A DNA stretch of 64,000 bases. Source: Candidatus Latescibacterota bacterium. Lineage in GTDB: Bacteria > Latescibacterota > UBA2968 > GCA-2709665. Numbering within the stretch: the first letter of the stretch is position 1; every line of letters starts with the position of its first letter. The notes beneath the pieces were generated by a model. It saw nothing but the letters and a program-made list of their open reading frames with translations, made no database searches and had not been told where the DNA came from. The translations under genes and the position numbers were made by a program. Of the stretch, positions 1 through 8,043 are shown piece after piece. The stretch is taken from positions 4,384,001 to 4,448,000 of the forward strand of contig OZ242180.1 in assembly GCA_965205485.1 (NCBI GenBank), given 5' to 3'.

Positions 1-94
1 CCTTCTCGCCATCGGAGTAACATCAGTCAGGAATATTCGCTCGGTCTACCGGAATCACATGTGGCCTTAATGGACTTGAATGTTCCGGCTCGCC

Positions 95-577
95 TTATTC
101 ACTAATGTACCAAACACGGCGAATGACGTGGACGAATGTGCCGATTGCAATTAGAATTGATCCAACCTTGGTCACCTGAGTCTTCAAGGACGAAGAAACA
201 ACCCAAATTGGACAAAATACCTCACCCAGCAAAAACGAAAGGTTAATGATCAAGCCGAACAAAATAAGCGATAAACCGAAACCGTCGAGCTTCCCACTAC
301 GGGTCTTGAAGAGTCGGTCAAATCTGAATTGGGTTTTGCTTATCGGTTCGATCTTGACGGGTTTACAATCACATCGCTTCAAATTAAACGTCCCTGGTTG
401 GACCCAAACCTGTTTTCCTGAAGCTCCTTCTCGTCTAATTACCTTAAAAGAAAGGCTGGTGTGACCAACGGTTAGGCGTACGTATTCTTCGTCAGGGTTC
501 TGTTGATACCAATCACGGGCTATGGCTGCTGCCTTCGAAGCCCGTACACTCTCGTTGACCTTGATAGTAAAACACAT
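95..577 (-). CDS. Hypothetical membrane protein (two C-terminal hydrophobic helices)
   Basis: ORF 95..595. ATG at 577 (MCFTIKV) follows GGAG and lies 2 nt after the stop of the upstream ORF. C-terminal segments GFGLSLILFGLIINLSFLL and VGSILIAIGTFVHVI. Low-GC region. Confidence 0.6.
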   Translation of the reverse strand: MCFTIKVNESVRASKAAAIARDWYQQNPDEEYVRLTVGHTSLSFKVIRREGASGKQVWVQPGTFNLKRCDCKPVKIEPISKTQFRFDRLFKTRSGKLDGFGLSLILFGLIINLSFLLGEVFCPIWVVSSSLKTQVTKVGSILIAIGTFVHVIRRVWYISE

Positions 578-579
578 AC

Positions 580-1101
580 CTACTCCACACGCCACATAAG
601 AATCAATTCCCGTAGCGTCTTTATAAGCTGATTGACAGGGATGTCAAGTCGGTTCACTATGTGAATAGCAGCAGCGAGGAGTTTCCTACCGTCTTCGGAA
701 AGGCCATGCCAGAACTCACACGTTCGCGGGTCGGTGAAGCGATCCGAAGCAACTTCGTAAACAGATTCCCAGCCCGCCATTAGATTAACGTAAGAAGGTC
801 GCAGTTCAAGAAACACGTCAACTGATCCGAACCGGCTCCCTTGATCAATCAGAGTACTGGGGATATGCGACGCTAGGGGCAATTCTCTTATCTCAATGCC
901 ACTACTCGCGATACCAGCTCCGGTTAGGTGCGCGGTGTCACAACTTACGCAGATCCAACGCGGATAACTCGAGTCAAAATGTGCATGACCAGAACAAGCA
1001 AAAATGGAACAGTTTTGGCAAGCACCCAAAGGGTCTCGAGCACTTACTCCTGCAATTGCATTGCACACACCATTTGCGCACAAGTAACAGGATGCCGCCA
1101 T
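580..1101 (-). CDS. Hypothetical protein with N-terminal Cys/His-rich (zinc-finger-like) region
   Basis: 173 aa with CYLC-x3-C, CQNC-x4-C-x2-H-x-H and CVSC; tightly coupled to the downstream ORF; low GC. Confidence 0.7.
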   Translation of the reverse strand: MAASCYLCANGVCNAIAGVSARDPLGACQNCSIFACSGHAHFDSSYPRWICVSCDTAHLTGAGIASSGIEIRELPLASHIPSTLIDQGSRFGSVDVFLELRPSYVNLMAGWESVYEVASDRFTDPRTCEFWHGLSEDGRKLLAAAIHIVNRLDIPVNQLIKTLRELILMWRVE

Positions 1102-1229
1102 AACGTGACCTGCCTTTCTTTGAGGGTCTGGATCTAATCTTTCCGTTTTCCATGTTTGTTATGGTGCAGAAATGTGCCTCCTTCGAGATTAACGTTACCA
1201 GCACAGTCTCGGCCAGCCCATTTGCCAAC

Positions 1230-1403
1230 TCTCTCTTGGGTCCGCATACGTGCGTTCCTGTTTGACAATTCGGTCCGAGTGCCACCAGACCCCACTTACC
1301 GACCTTTCTTCCGTCGACGTACGGGCTTCGCAATTACAGTCCCCATTGAGCCACGGAAGACCCACCGGCCGTCCCCACCGCCGTTGACATAAGTACCTTC
1401 ATA
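1230..1403 (-). pseudogene. Degenerate relic of MORN-like repeats
   Basis: Minus strand reads YEGTYVNGGGDGRWVFRGS, then after a frameshift PYVDGRKVGKW. This resembles EGPYVDGKRQGKW of the adjacent gene; in-frame stops lie immediately upstream. Confidence 0.5.
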
Positions 1404-1532
1404 TTATCAGTCCATCCATCCAATATGGTACCGATCGTCTAATTTCGATATCTTCCGATCACCGTGTCGCTCTCGGTTCACTGACGGTTAGCGTCTGTGG
1501 CTTTCGCTAAGACATCGACGCCTCAGTTTGCC

Positions 1533-2810
1533 TCACCAATCCATCTGGCGACATGTCTTTATCTTCTTCTTCTCGCTTTCTATCCGTTTCCCTCGATCGA
1601 ATCTCTCGATGTAGCAAGCCCCTTCGCGAGGATTTGCCGAAAATAGATTAAAGATCCATCTGCCATGCTTTTTTCCATCAACATAGTCGCCTTTGTATCT
1701 TCCTCTCCATTTTGTGCTCTCATGATCACCGCAATGGAATAATCGAAATGTCCAGGAGCCCTGCCTTTGACCGTTTTCGTCGTAATGACCGGACCCTATC
1801 CAACTCCCTAACTCGACTCCACCATCGTCCGAATTGTCATTATGCCAATATCCCTGCTTCTTTCCTCCCACATATGTTCCACGGAAAGAGACCGGCGATG
1901 AACCCTGTGACTGCGAACACAGTTCATACTCTCCATGAAACTCGCCGTCCTTCGTGCCATCCTTGTACGACTCGTGCAATTCGGCGCCGGACCAGTCGCG
2001 GTACACCCACGGTCCGTGCTTTTTGCCCTTCACGTAGATTCCTTCATTTTGCCTCCCGTCCCTGTCGTTATATTTCCAATTCCCATGCTTCTGGTCGTCC
2101 ATATAGGCACCTTCGGAAACCTCGCCGTACGAGGAACGCAAGATCCACTTTCCCTGCCGTTTTCCATCCACATAGGGACCCTCGGATGTGCCGCCGTCAC
2201 CACGCACGACCCACCGGCCCTGCTTCTCGCCTCTTTCAAGGTGACCCGTTTCCGTATGCTCTTCGCGGCCTCTCACCCAGATCAGCGTCCCCTCCCCATT
2301 GGCTTTGCTGCCCGAACACTTCCCGGACCAGGTGACGGTCTGGTCCTCGTAGTAGTAGTTGTCCCAGACATAGCATTGCGGATGGTTGTCCAATTCCTTC
2401 CAGCACACGGCGCCTTCCGGCTTCCCAACGCAACTTTCCTCGGTGTTGATCTGCGATTCTTCAGCCGCGACCAATACCGCCAGTGCCTCTCTGTAAAACG
2501 CACCTTCTTTCCCCGTCGCCGCCAGGTACCGAGTCACCGACTCCAGCGCGATGTGCATCGAATCCGCCGACAGGGCCACCTGTGCATACTGGAAATGAAA
2601 GTCGTCCGACACCGTGAGATTGTGCTCGTTCTGCAACGCGACAATCTTCTCCATCACGTCGAAGGCGGCCGCGTAGTCCTTCGCGGCGTGAAGTTGGTCC
2701 GCGTGAATCAGATATTTGTCCACCAGTATCTCAGGCGGTAGTTCGGCCGATGCGACGGTGAAGAATCCGAAAAGGATGACAATGCAATTGCCTCGGATCA
2801 ATGACTGCAC
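1533..2810 (-). CDS. Secreted protein with helical N-domain and MORN-variant repeats
   Basis: Signal-like N-terminus (VILFGFFTVASA/ELPP); GAGGAG before GTG; repeated EGxYxDGKKxGxW units. Confidence 0.85.
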   Translation of the reverse strand: MQSLIRGNCIVILFGFFTVASAELPPEILVDKYLIHADQLHAAKDYAAAFDVMEKIVALQNEHNLTVSDDFHFQYAQVALSADSMHIALESVTRYLAATGKEGAFYREALAVLVAAEESQINTEESCVGKPEGAVCWKELDNHPQCYVWDNYYYEDQTVTWSGKCSGSKANGEGTLIWVRGREEHTETGHLERGEKQGRWVVRGDGGTSEGPYVDGKRQGKWILRSSYGEVSEGAYMDDQKHGNWKYNDRDGRQNEGIYVKGKKHGPWVYRDWSGAELHESYKDGTKDGEFHGEYELCSQSQGSSPVSFRGTYVGGKKQGYWHNDNSDDGGVELGSWIGSGHYDENGQRQGSWTFRLFHCGDHESTKWRGRYKGDYVDGKKHGRWIFNLFSANPREGACYIERFDRGKRIESEKKKIKTCRQMDW

Positions 2811-2918
2811 GGTATATCTCCTCGTGTCTCCATCGCCAGCCTTGATTCGGCTAAGGGTGCGGCAAGGTATTCAGCATCCCATCGTGGTAAACGCGGCATG
2901 AAAGGGGCACGGCAAATG

Positions 2919-2965
2919 TGTTGCAAATTGCAACCTGAGTGTCGCATTTTGCGACAGTTGTGCCA
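2919..2965 (-). promoter_or_regulatory. Twin palindromic operators overlapping a possible sigma54 -24/-12 element
   Basis: GTTGCA-aat-TGCAAC (2920-2934) and GTCGCA-ttt-TGCGAC (2941-2955), 21 bp apart. Minus strand TGGCACAACTGTCGCA (2965-2950) has GG-N10-GC. Confidence 0.45.
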
Positions 2966-3149
2966 GTATGTGCCCCATTCCCGAGAACGCACGGCCTGAT
3001 CGCTTCTCAATTCAGGGCCGCGAACGACGGGCGACCCAGATGCTACGGAGGAGGCCAAATGTCACCGCTGCCGGCAGTCACTCGACCAATGTTCTTCCAG
3101 AGAGTCTGCAGTTTTCCAAAGAATCCACTGGATTATTCAAACATCCTGT

Positions 3150-3240
3150 CTTATATTGCGCATAATATAACGAAATAGTTATAACAAATCTGTGAGATTG
3201 GGTCTTTTTTTTATGCTATTATCGTGATATTTCAATATTT
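3150..3240. promoter_or_regulatory. AT-rich divergent promoter region with shared phased motif (copy 1)
   Basis: GTGA at 3192 and ATGCTATTATCGTGATATTT at 3213-3232; same motif and spacing as at ~21.7 kb and ~34.9 kb. Confidence 0.55.
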
Positions 3241-3330
3241 CGACAGATTTGATCGGGTCGTATTCGCGTTACCGGCTCCGGCTGGACAAACCGGCCAAGG
3301 GACGGAGCGGGAAACCAGTGAGGTTTGTAC

Positions 3331-5735
3331 GTGACGAAATCCGACGAGCGCAATCCGGAAGCAGCCGCCCTGCGTGACCGCCTGACCAAGCTGAGCGAGG
3401 CCAGCCTTCGCATCAACGAAAGTCTCGAGTTCGACGCTGTACTGAAGGAAGCCGTGGACAGCGCCAGATCGCTGACCGGCGCCAGGTTTGGCATGACGAC
3501 ACTGCTGGACGATGAGGGACGGGTACAGGACTGCATTACCTCGGGGTTTACGCCCTTTCAGTCCAAGCGAATGTGGTTCCACCCGGACAGGGACAGACTC
3601 TTCGAGTACTTCTCCGGCATAACGGAGCCGCTCCGGCTGCAGGACGTACAAAGCCACCTCAGGTCCGAGGGCCTGCCTGAGTTACGGCCCCAGGTTCCAT
3701 TGAGTCGCTCTCCCGCGCTATTGGCAGCGCCGATCCGCTACCGCGGCCAGAGCGTGGGGACGTTCTATCTTTGCGAGAAGGACGGTGGAGAAGCGTTCAC
3801 GGCCGAAGACGAAGAAACCCTGGTGATGTTTGCCTCGCAGGCGGCGCTGGTCATCGCCAACGCCCGCCGGCACCGTGACGAGCAGAAGGCAAGGCTCGAT
3901 CTGGAGACCCTGATTGACACCTCTCCCGTCGGGGTCGTCGTCTTCGACGCGAAGTCCGGTGCGCCGCTGACGTTCAACCGCGAGGCGAGACGGATCGTGG
4001 GTGCCCTGCTCACACCTGGCCGTCCGGATGAGCAACTTCTTGAGGTAATGACGTTCCGACGCGCCGACGGCCGGGAGGTCTCCCTTCAAGAGACCCAACT
4101 GACCCGGTTACTGTGTTCTGGAGAAACGGTGCGCGCGGAGGAGATCGTGCTCCTTGTACCCGACGGCACGTCCGTGACGACGCTGGTCAATGCCACGCCC
4201 ATCCATTCCAGCGATGGTGATATCGAGTCTGTCGTCGTCACGATTCAGGACATGGCACCCTGGAGGACCTGGAGCGCCTGCGTGCAGAGTTCCTGGGGAT
4301 GGTCAGCCACGAACTCCGGATCCCGCTGACGTCCATCAAGGGCTCTACCACGGCCCTGCTGGACGATTCGTCGATCCTCGACCCCGCCGAAATGCGGCAG
4401 TTCCACCGGATCATCGACCACCAGGCCGACCACATGCGGGACATGATCAGCGACCTGCTCGACGTGGCGCAGATCGAGACCGGGTCGCTCTCGGTCGTTC
4501 CCGACCCAACGGACCTTGCCGCCATCGTCGAACAGGCCAGGAGCACGTTCCTGAGCGGCGGGGGCAGCGATAATATCGAGTTCGACCTTCCGCCGGACCT
4601 GCCATGGGTCATGGTCGACCGGCGCCGGGTCGTGCAGGTATTGAACAACCTCCTTATAAACGCGGCACGATACTCCGAAGCGTCTACTGCCATCCGCCTC
4701 ACCGCTGTTCCGGAGGACTTTCACGTGGAGATTTCCGTGGCCGATGAAGGCTCGGGCGTCACCGCGGATCTTTTGCCCCACCTGTTCAGGAAGTTCTCCC
4801 GGACCGACGGCGAGCGCAGGAACCACGATACCGGCCTGGGCCTGGCGATATGCAAGGGCATCGTCGAGGCCCATGGCGGCCGGATATGGGCCGAGAGCGA
4901 CGGGCCGGGCCGGGGCACGAAGGTCAGCTTCACCGTGCCGGTGGCGGAGGAAGTTCCGGCATCGCCGGCCCTTACGGGCGGTGGCAAACCTGAGCATTCG
5001 GTCGATATTGAAGCGGAAAGGAAGAGGATTCTGGCGGTGGACGACGACCCGCAGACGCTCAAATTCGTTCGCGAGATCCTTACGAAAGCGGGCTATACGC
5101 CCATCGTAACCGCCGACCCGGGAGAGATCGCGGATCTCATCGGGTTGCACGAACCCAGCCTGGTGCTGCTCGACCTGATCCTCCCGGACACCGACGGCTT
5201 TGAACTGATGGGTGAGGTCGTCAAGGTCGACAAAGTGCCGGTGATCGTCCTGTCGGGATACGGTCGGGAAGACAATATCGCCCGCGCATTCGAATCCGGT
5301 GCGTCCGACTATATCGTAAAGCCCTTTTCCCCGACGGAACTCGTTGCAAGAATCAACGCCGCGCTGAAAAAGGAGGCCGGTCCGGTCCAGGCGGAGCCCG
5401 ATATTCCCTACGTGTACAGAGAATTGACATTGGACTATCAGGAACGGCGCGTGACGTTGGGCGGTCGAGAGGTGCAGTTGACCAGGAACGAATATCGGAT
5501 GTTACATGAACTCAGCGCCAGCCCCGGTCGGGTGGTGACGCATGAGGCGCTGCTGCGCCGAATCTGGGGCGCGCGCCGCGGGCGCGATCTGCGACACGTC
5601 CGCTCCCTCGTCAGGAGACTGCGCGGCAAGCTGGGGGACAACGGCGACGACCCGAAGTACATTTTCACCGAGCACGGGGTCGGCTACCGCGTCGGCAATC
5701 CGGAAGGTCGGGAAACAGCGTCGAAAAAAGCGTAA
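3331..5735 (+). pseudogene. Frameshifted hybrid GAF-PAS-HisKA-HATPase-REC-OmpR wHTH regulator (may be intact in vivo)
   Basis: ORFs 3325..4329 and 4299..5735 together align end to end with paralog 23250..25658. One C is missing at 4258-4260 (ATG GCA CCC TGG vs paralog ATG ACG CCC CTG GAG). H-box SHELRIPLTSIKG, G2 GLGLAICK, REC LVLLDL, wHTH TEHGVGY. Confidence 0.9.
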
Positions 5736-5741
5736 GCAGGG

Positions 5742-5768
5742 AGGGGCGCCCACAAGGGACGCCCCTAC
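5742..5768 (-). repeat. GTAG-type REP-like palindrome (copy 1)
   Basis: Minus strand GTAGGGGCGTCCCTTGTGGGCGCCCCT; related copy at 25669-25690. Confidence 0.6.
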
Positions 5769-5863
5769 GCCGCCAACCTGGGCGCGGGTTTCCCTACGGC
5801 GAATTGGCAATTCGCGGCACGACAGGTGTGACAATGAGGGATGTTGAGGCGAATAATCCATTC

Positions 5864-5903
5864 GACACAAAAGAAGCCCTGCCGGCGTCGATGTCGGCAG
5901 GGC
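5864..5903 (-). terminator. Intrinsic terminator; 40-bp direct repeat copy 1
   Basis: GCCCTGCCG...CGGCAGGGC hairpin followed on the minus strand by TTCTTTT; 36/40 identical to 34988-35027. Confidence 0.75.
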
Positions 5904-5930
5904 ATTGTCATTTGGTCGTATGGTACGACT

Positions 5931-6689
5931 TCAGTGTCCGGAGACAATTTGAACAATCGAGGCGAGGCTGGTTCCTGAGAAGGGATTGGCCCCGGTCCCG
6001 GAGTCCACGACATCGGGCGGAAGCAGATCTTCCAATCCTTTCACCTCCGCCACCAGCGGTCCGGAGCCCCGACCCCAGGTAAAGGTCACCGGCAGGATCT
6101 CCTCGCCCGTAATCTTCACACCGAGCGTGTGAGCCCCTGCATCTTCCGCGAGTCCCGCCGCGTTGCCGCCCGCGCGTCCCGACGCGCCGTCCAGCAGCAT
6201 CAGCTTCCGCGCATCGTGCCAGTTTCCCGTGCTGAGCCGGTAGATGTAGACCCCCGCGCTCACGCCCCTGCCGAGCCTGTCGGCGCCGTCCCACTGCACC
6301 CTGTGGAATCCGGCCGGGCGTTCTTCGTCGATCAGCGTGATCACGCGCTGTCCCAGAATGTTATAAACGTCCAGACGCACGTGCCCCCGCTTCTCGATCT
6401 CAAAGGGTATCAGGGTGGAGGGATTAAACGGATTGGGATGATTCTGCAGCAGCGCATTCGGTCTCGGCGGAGCCAGGTCTCGCAGCGGCAGCGAGAAACC
6501 GCCGCTTTCGTCCGTCAGCGCGGTCAACCGCTGGCGCGGATCATCGAGCCTGTAAACCTCCACCTGCACCCTCTTGACCGGATGGGACCGCGGATTGATG
6601 ACCTGCCCTTCAATACGATCCTCTTCCGCCGCAACAGCGGTTGCCAGGACGATCATCGCGAAAGTCGAATGAAACAGTGCGTATTTCAT
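5931..6689 (-). CDS. Secreted protein with internal FlgD-Ig / T9SS-CTD-like domain
   Basis: GGAGG before ATG 6689 (MKYALFHS..., signal peptide); LLQNHPNPFNPST...VRLDVYNILGQRV...WDG...SAGVYIYRL...RKLMLLDG. Confidence 0.8.
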   Translation of the reverse strand: MKYALFHSTFAMIVLATAVAAEEDRIEGQVINPRSHPVKRVQVEVYRLDDPRQRLTALTDESGGFSLPLRDLAPPRPNALLQNHPNPFNPSTLIPFEIEKRGHVRLDVYNILGQRVITLIDEERPAGFHRVQWDGADRLGRGVSAGVYIYRLSTGNWHDARKLMLLDGASGRAGGNAAGLAEDAGAHTLGVKITGEEILPVTFTWGRGSGPLVAEVKGLEDLLPPDVVDSGTGANPFSGTSLASIVQIVSGH

Positions 6690-6765
6690 TGCTTTTCCTC
6701 CTATCCCCGATTCTGTCTGTCCAACGGCGTGTTTCAAGCCCGTCCGGGTTACCAATTCAGCCGCG

Positions 6766-8034
6766 TTACTTGAGATACAGCATGCGCCGGGCGTCCACGC
6801 CTCCCGGATGGAACAGGCGCACCAGGTAAACACCCGCGGCCACGTCATTGCCGCGCCCGTCGCGCGCATGCCACCGGACCACGTACCTGCCCGCGGCCTG
6901 GTGATCGTCCACCAGCGTGTTCAGGTGCTGGCCGAGTGAGTTGAAGACCTCCAGACGCACCGGACCCGCGTCCGCCAGACGGTACGCGATCAGCGTGCTG
7001 CTGTTGAACGGGTTGGGAAAATTGGGCGCCAACCCGGCTTCAGGTTGTGCGTTCTCAGGCGGCGCGATCCTGGCTGAATAAAGCGCGTGGCTGGCCAGCA
7101 CACGGGCTGCGCCCCCCGGCGTCAATTCCAGGATCTGGCGGTGGTCCTCGTTGAGAGGAATGCTGTGCCATCGGCCCACGATCCCGCCGGCTTCGTTGCG
7201 GGCGCGAGCGCTGTAGTAGCCGGTGACGCCCGAACCGTGCAGCGTGACGACGTCGAGCGCCGCGCGGCCGGCGCCGTCGGTGACCGCACACCAGGCGTAT
7301 TGCGGGGGCCGCCCCGATACCGAACGGGCGAATTCCACCGTCAGGCCCGCCGTCGCTTCGCCCGTTACGTTGGCCTGTACCGCCGACCGGGAAATGGACG
7401 AGGGACCTCCGGGCCGCGCCAGTTCCCAGACGATTTGCTCGTCAGAATCCACGGAAGGGTCGGCAAAATCGCTGTCGCCGGGCAGCATGAAGACCAGCCG
7501 GTCGCGGGTCAGGTAAGCGTAGAGGTCGTTAAAAAACTCAAGAAAAATCGTGTTTACGAAGGTAATAACAAGCCTGTATTCCTCCAGCGCCATCTCGCTA
7601 TCGGACAGCTTGACGACGTCTTCCAGGTCCTCGCCGTCCTCGAACAGGCTCAGATAATGGGCGTTGAAACGCAGGGTATCGGATTGCAGCGTATAGTAGC
7701 CGAACGCGACGACAGCTCTGGATTCAGGCGCCGGTTCGTGAATCGGCGGGTCCGGCAGGAAATGGGGAAACCTGTACCCCGCTGCCGCCCGTACCCCAGC
7801 GGTAAGCCTGTAGGAGTTGCACCGGTACAATTCAAGGGTGAGATAGGGCGTCACGGGAATGGGATTCTCATTTCCTTCCGCCGGATAGATGATGGTCCGA
7901 ACGTTGAAATTCAGACTGTTTTGAACCAGGTTCCACGTATCCGGCGGAGAAGGCGCATCTGCCCGCAAAGGGGCCGGATACATCGTGACAAGGAAAAATA
8001 CCAGTGCTTTCATCCTGCAGCTTTGATTGGTCAC
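6766..8034 (-). CDS. Secreted protein with C-terminal FlgD-Ig / T9SS-CTD-like domain
   Basis: GGAG before GTG 8034 (alternative ATG 8013); C-terminus LAPNFPNPFNSST...GVYLVRL...RRMLYLK. Confidence 0.85.
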   Translation of the reverse strand: MTNQSCRMKALVFFLVTMYPAPLRADAPSPPDTWNLVQNSLNFNVRTIIYPAEGNENPIPVTPYLTLELYRCNSYRLTAGVRAAAGYRFPHFLPDPPIHEPAPESRAVVAFGYYTLQSDTLRFNAHYLSLFEDGEDLEDVVKLSDSEMALEEYRLVITFVNTIFLEFFNDLYAYLTRDRLVFMLPGDSDFADPSVDSDEQIVWELARPGGPSSISRSAVQANVTGEATAGLTVEFARSVSGRPPQYAWCAVTDGAGRAALDVVTLHGSGVTGYYSARARNEAGGIVGRWHSIPLNEDHRQILELTPGGAARVLASHALYSARIAPPENAQPEAGLAPNFPNPFNSSTLIAYRLADAGPVRLEVFNSLGQHLNTLVDDHQAAGRYVVRWHARDGRGNDVAAGVYLVRLFHPGGVDARRMLYLK

Positions 8035-8043
8035 GCCTCTCTC

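Noticed and set aside
1533..2810. YwqK-type toxin-antitoxin antitoxin
   Set aside because: Similarity is limited to generic MORN-variant repeats; the protein is secreted and no cognate toxin is recognisable.
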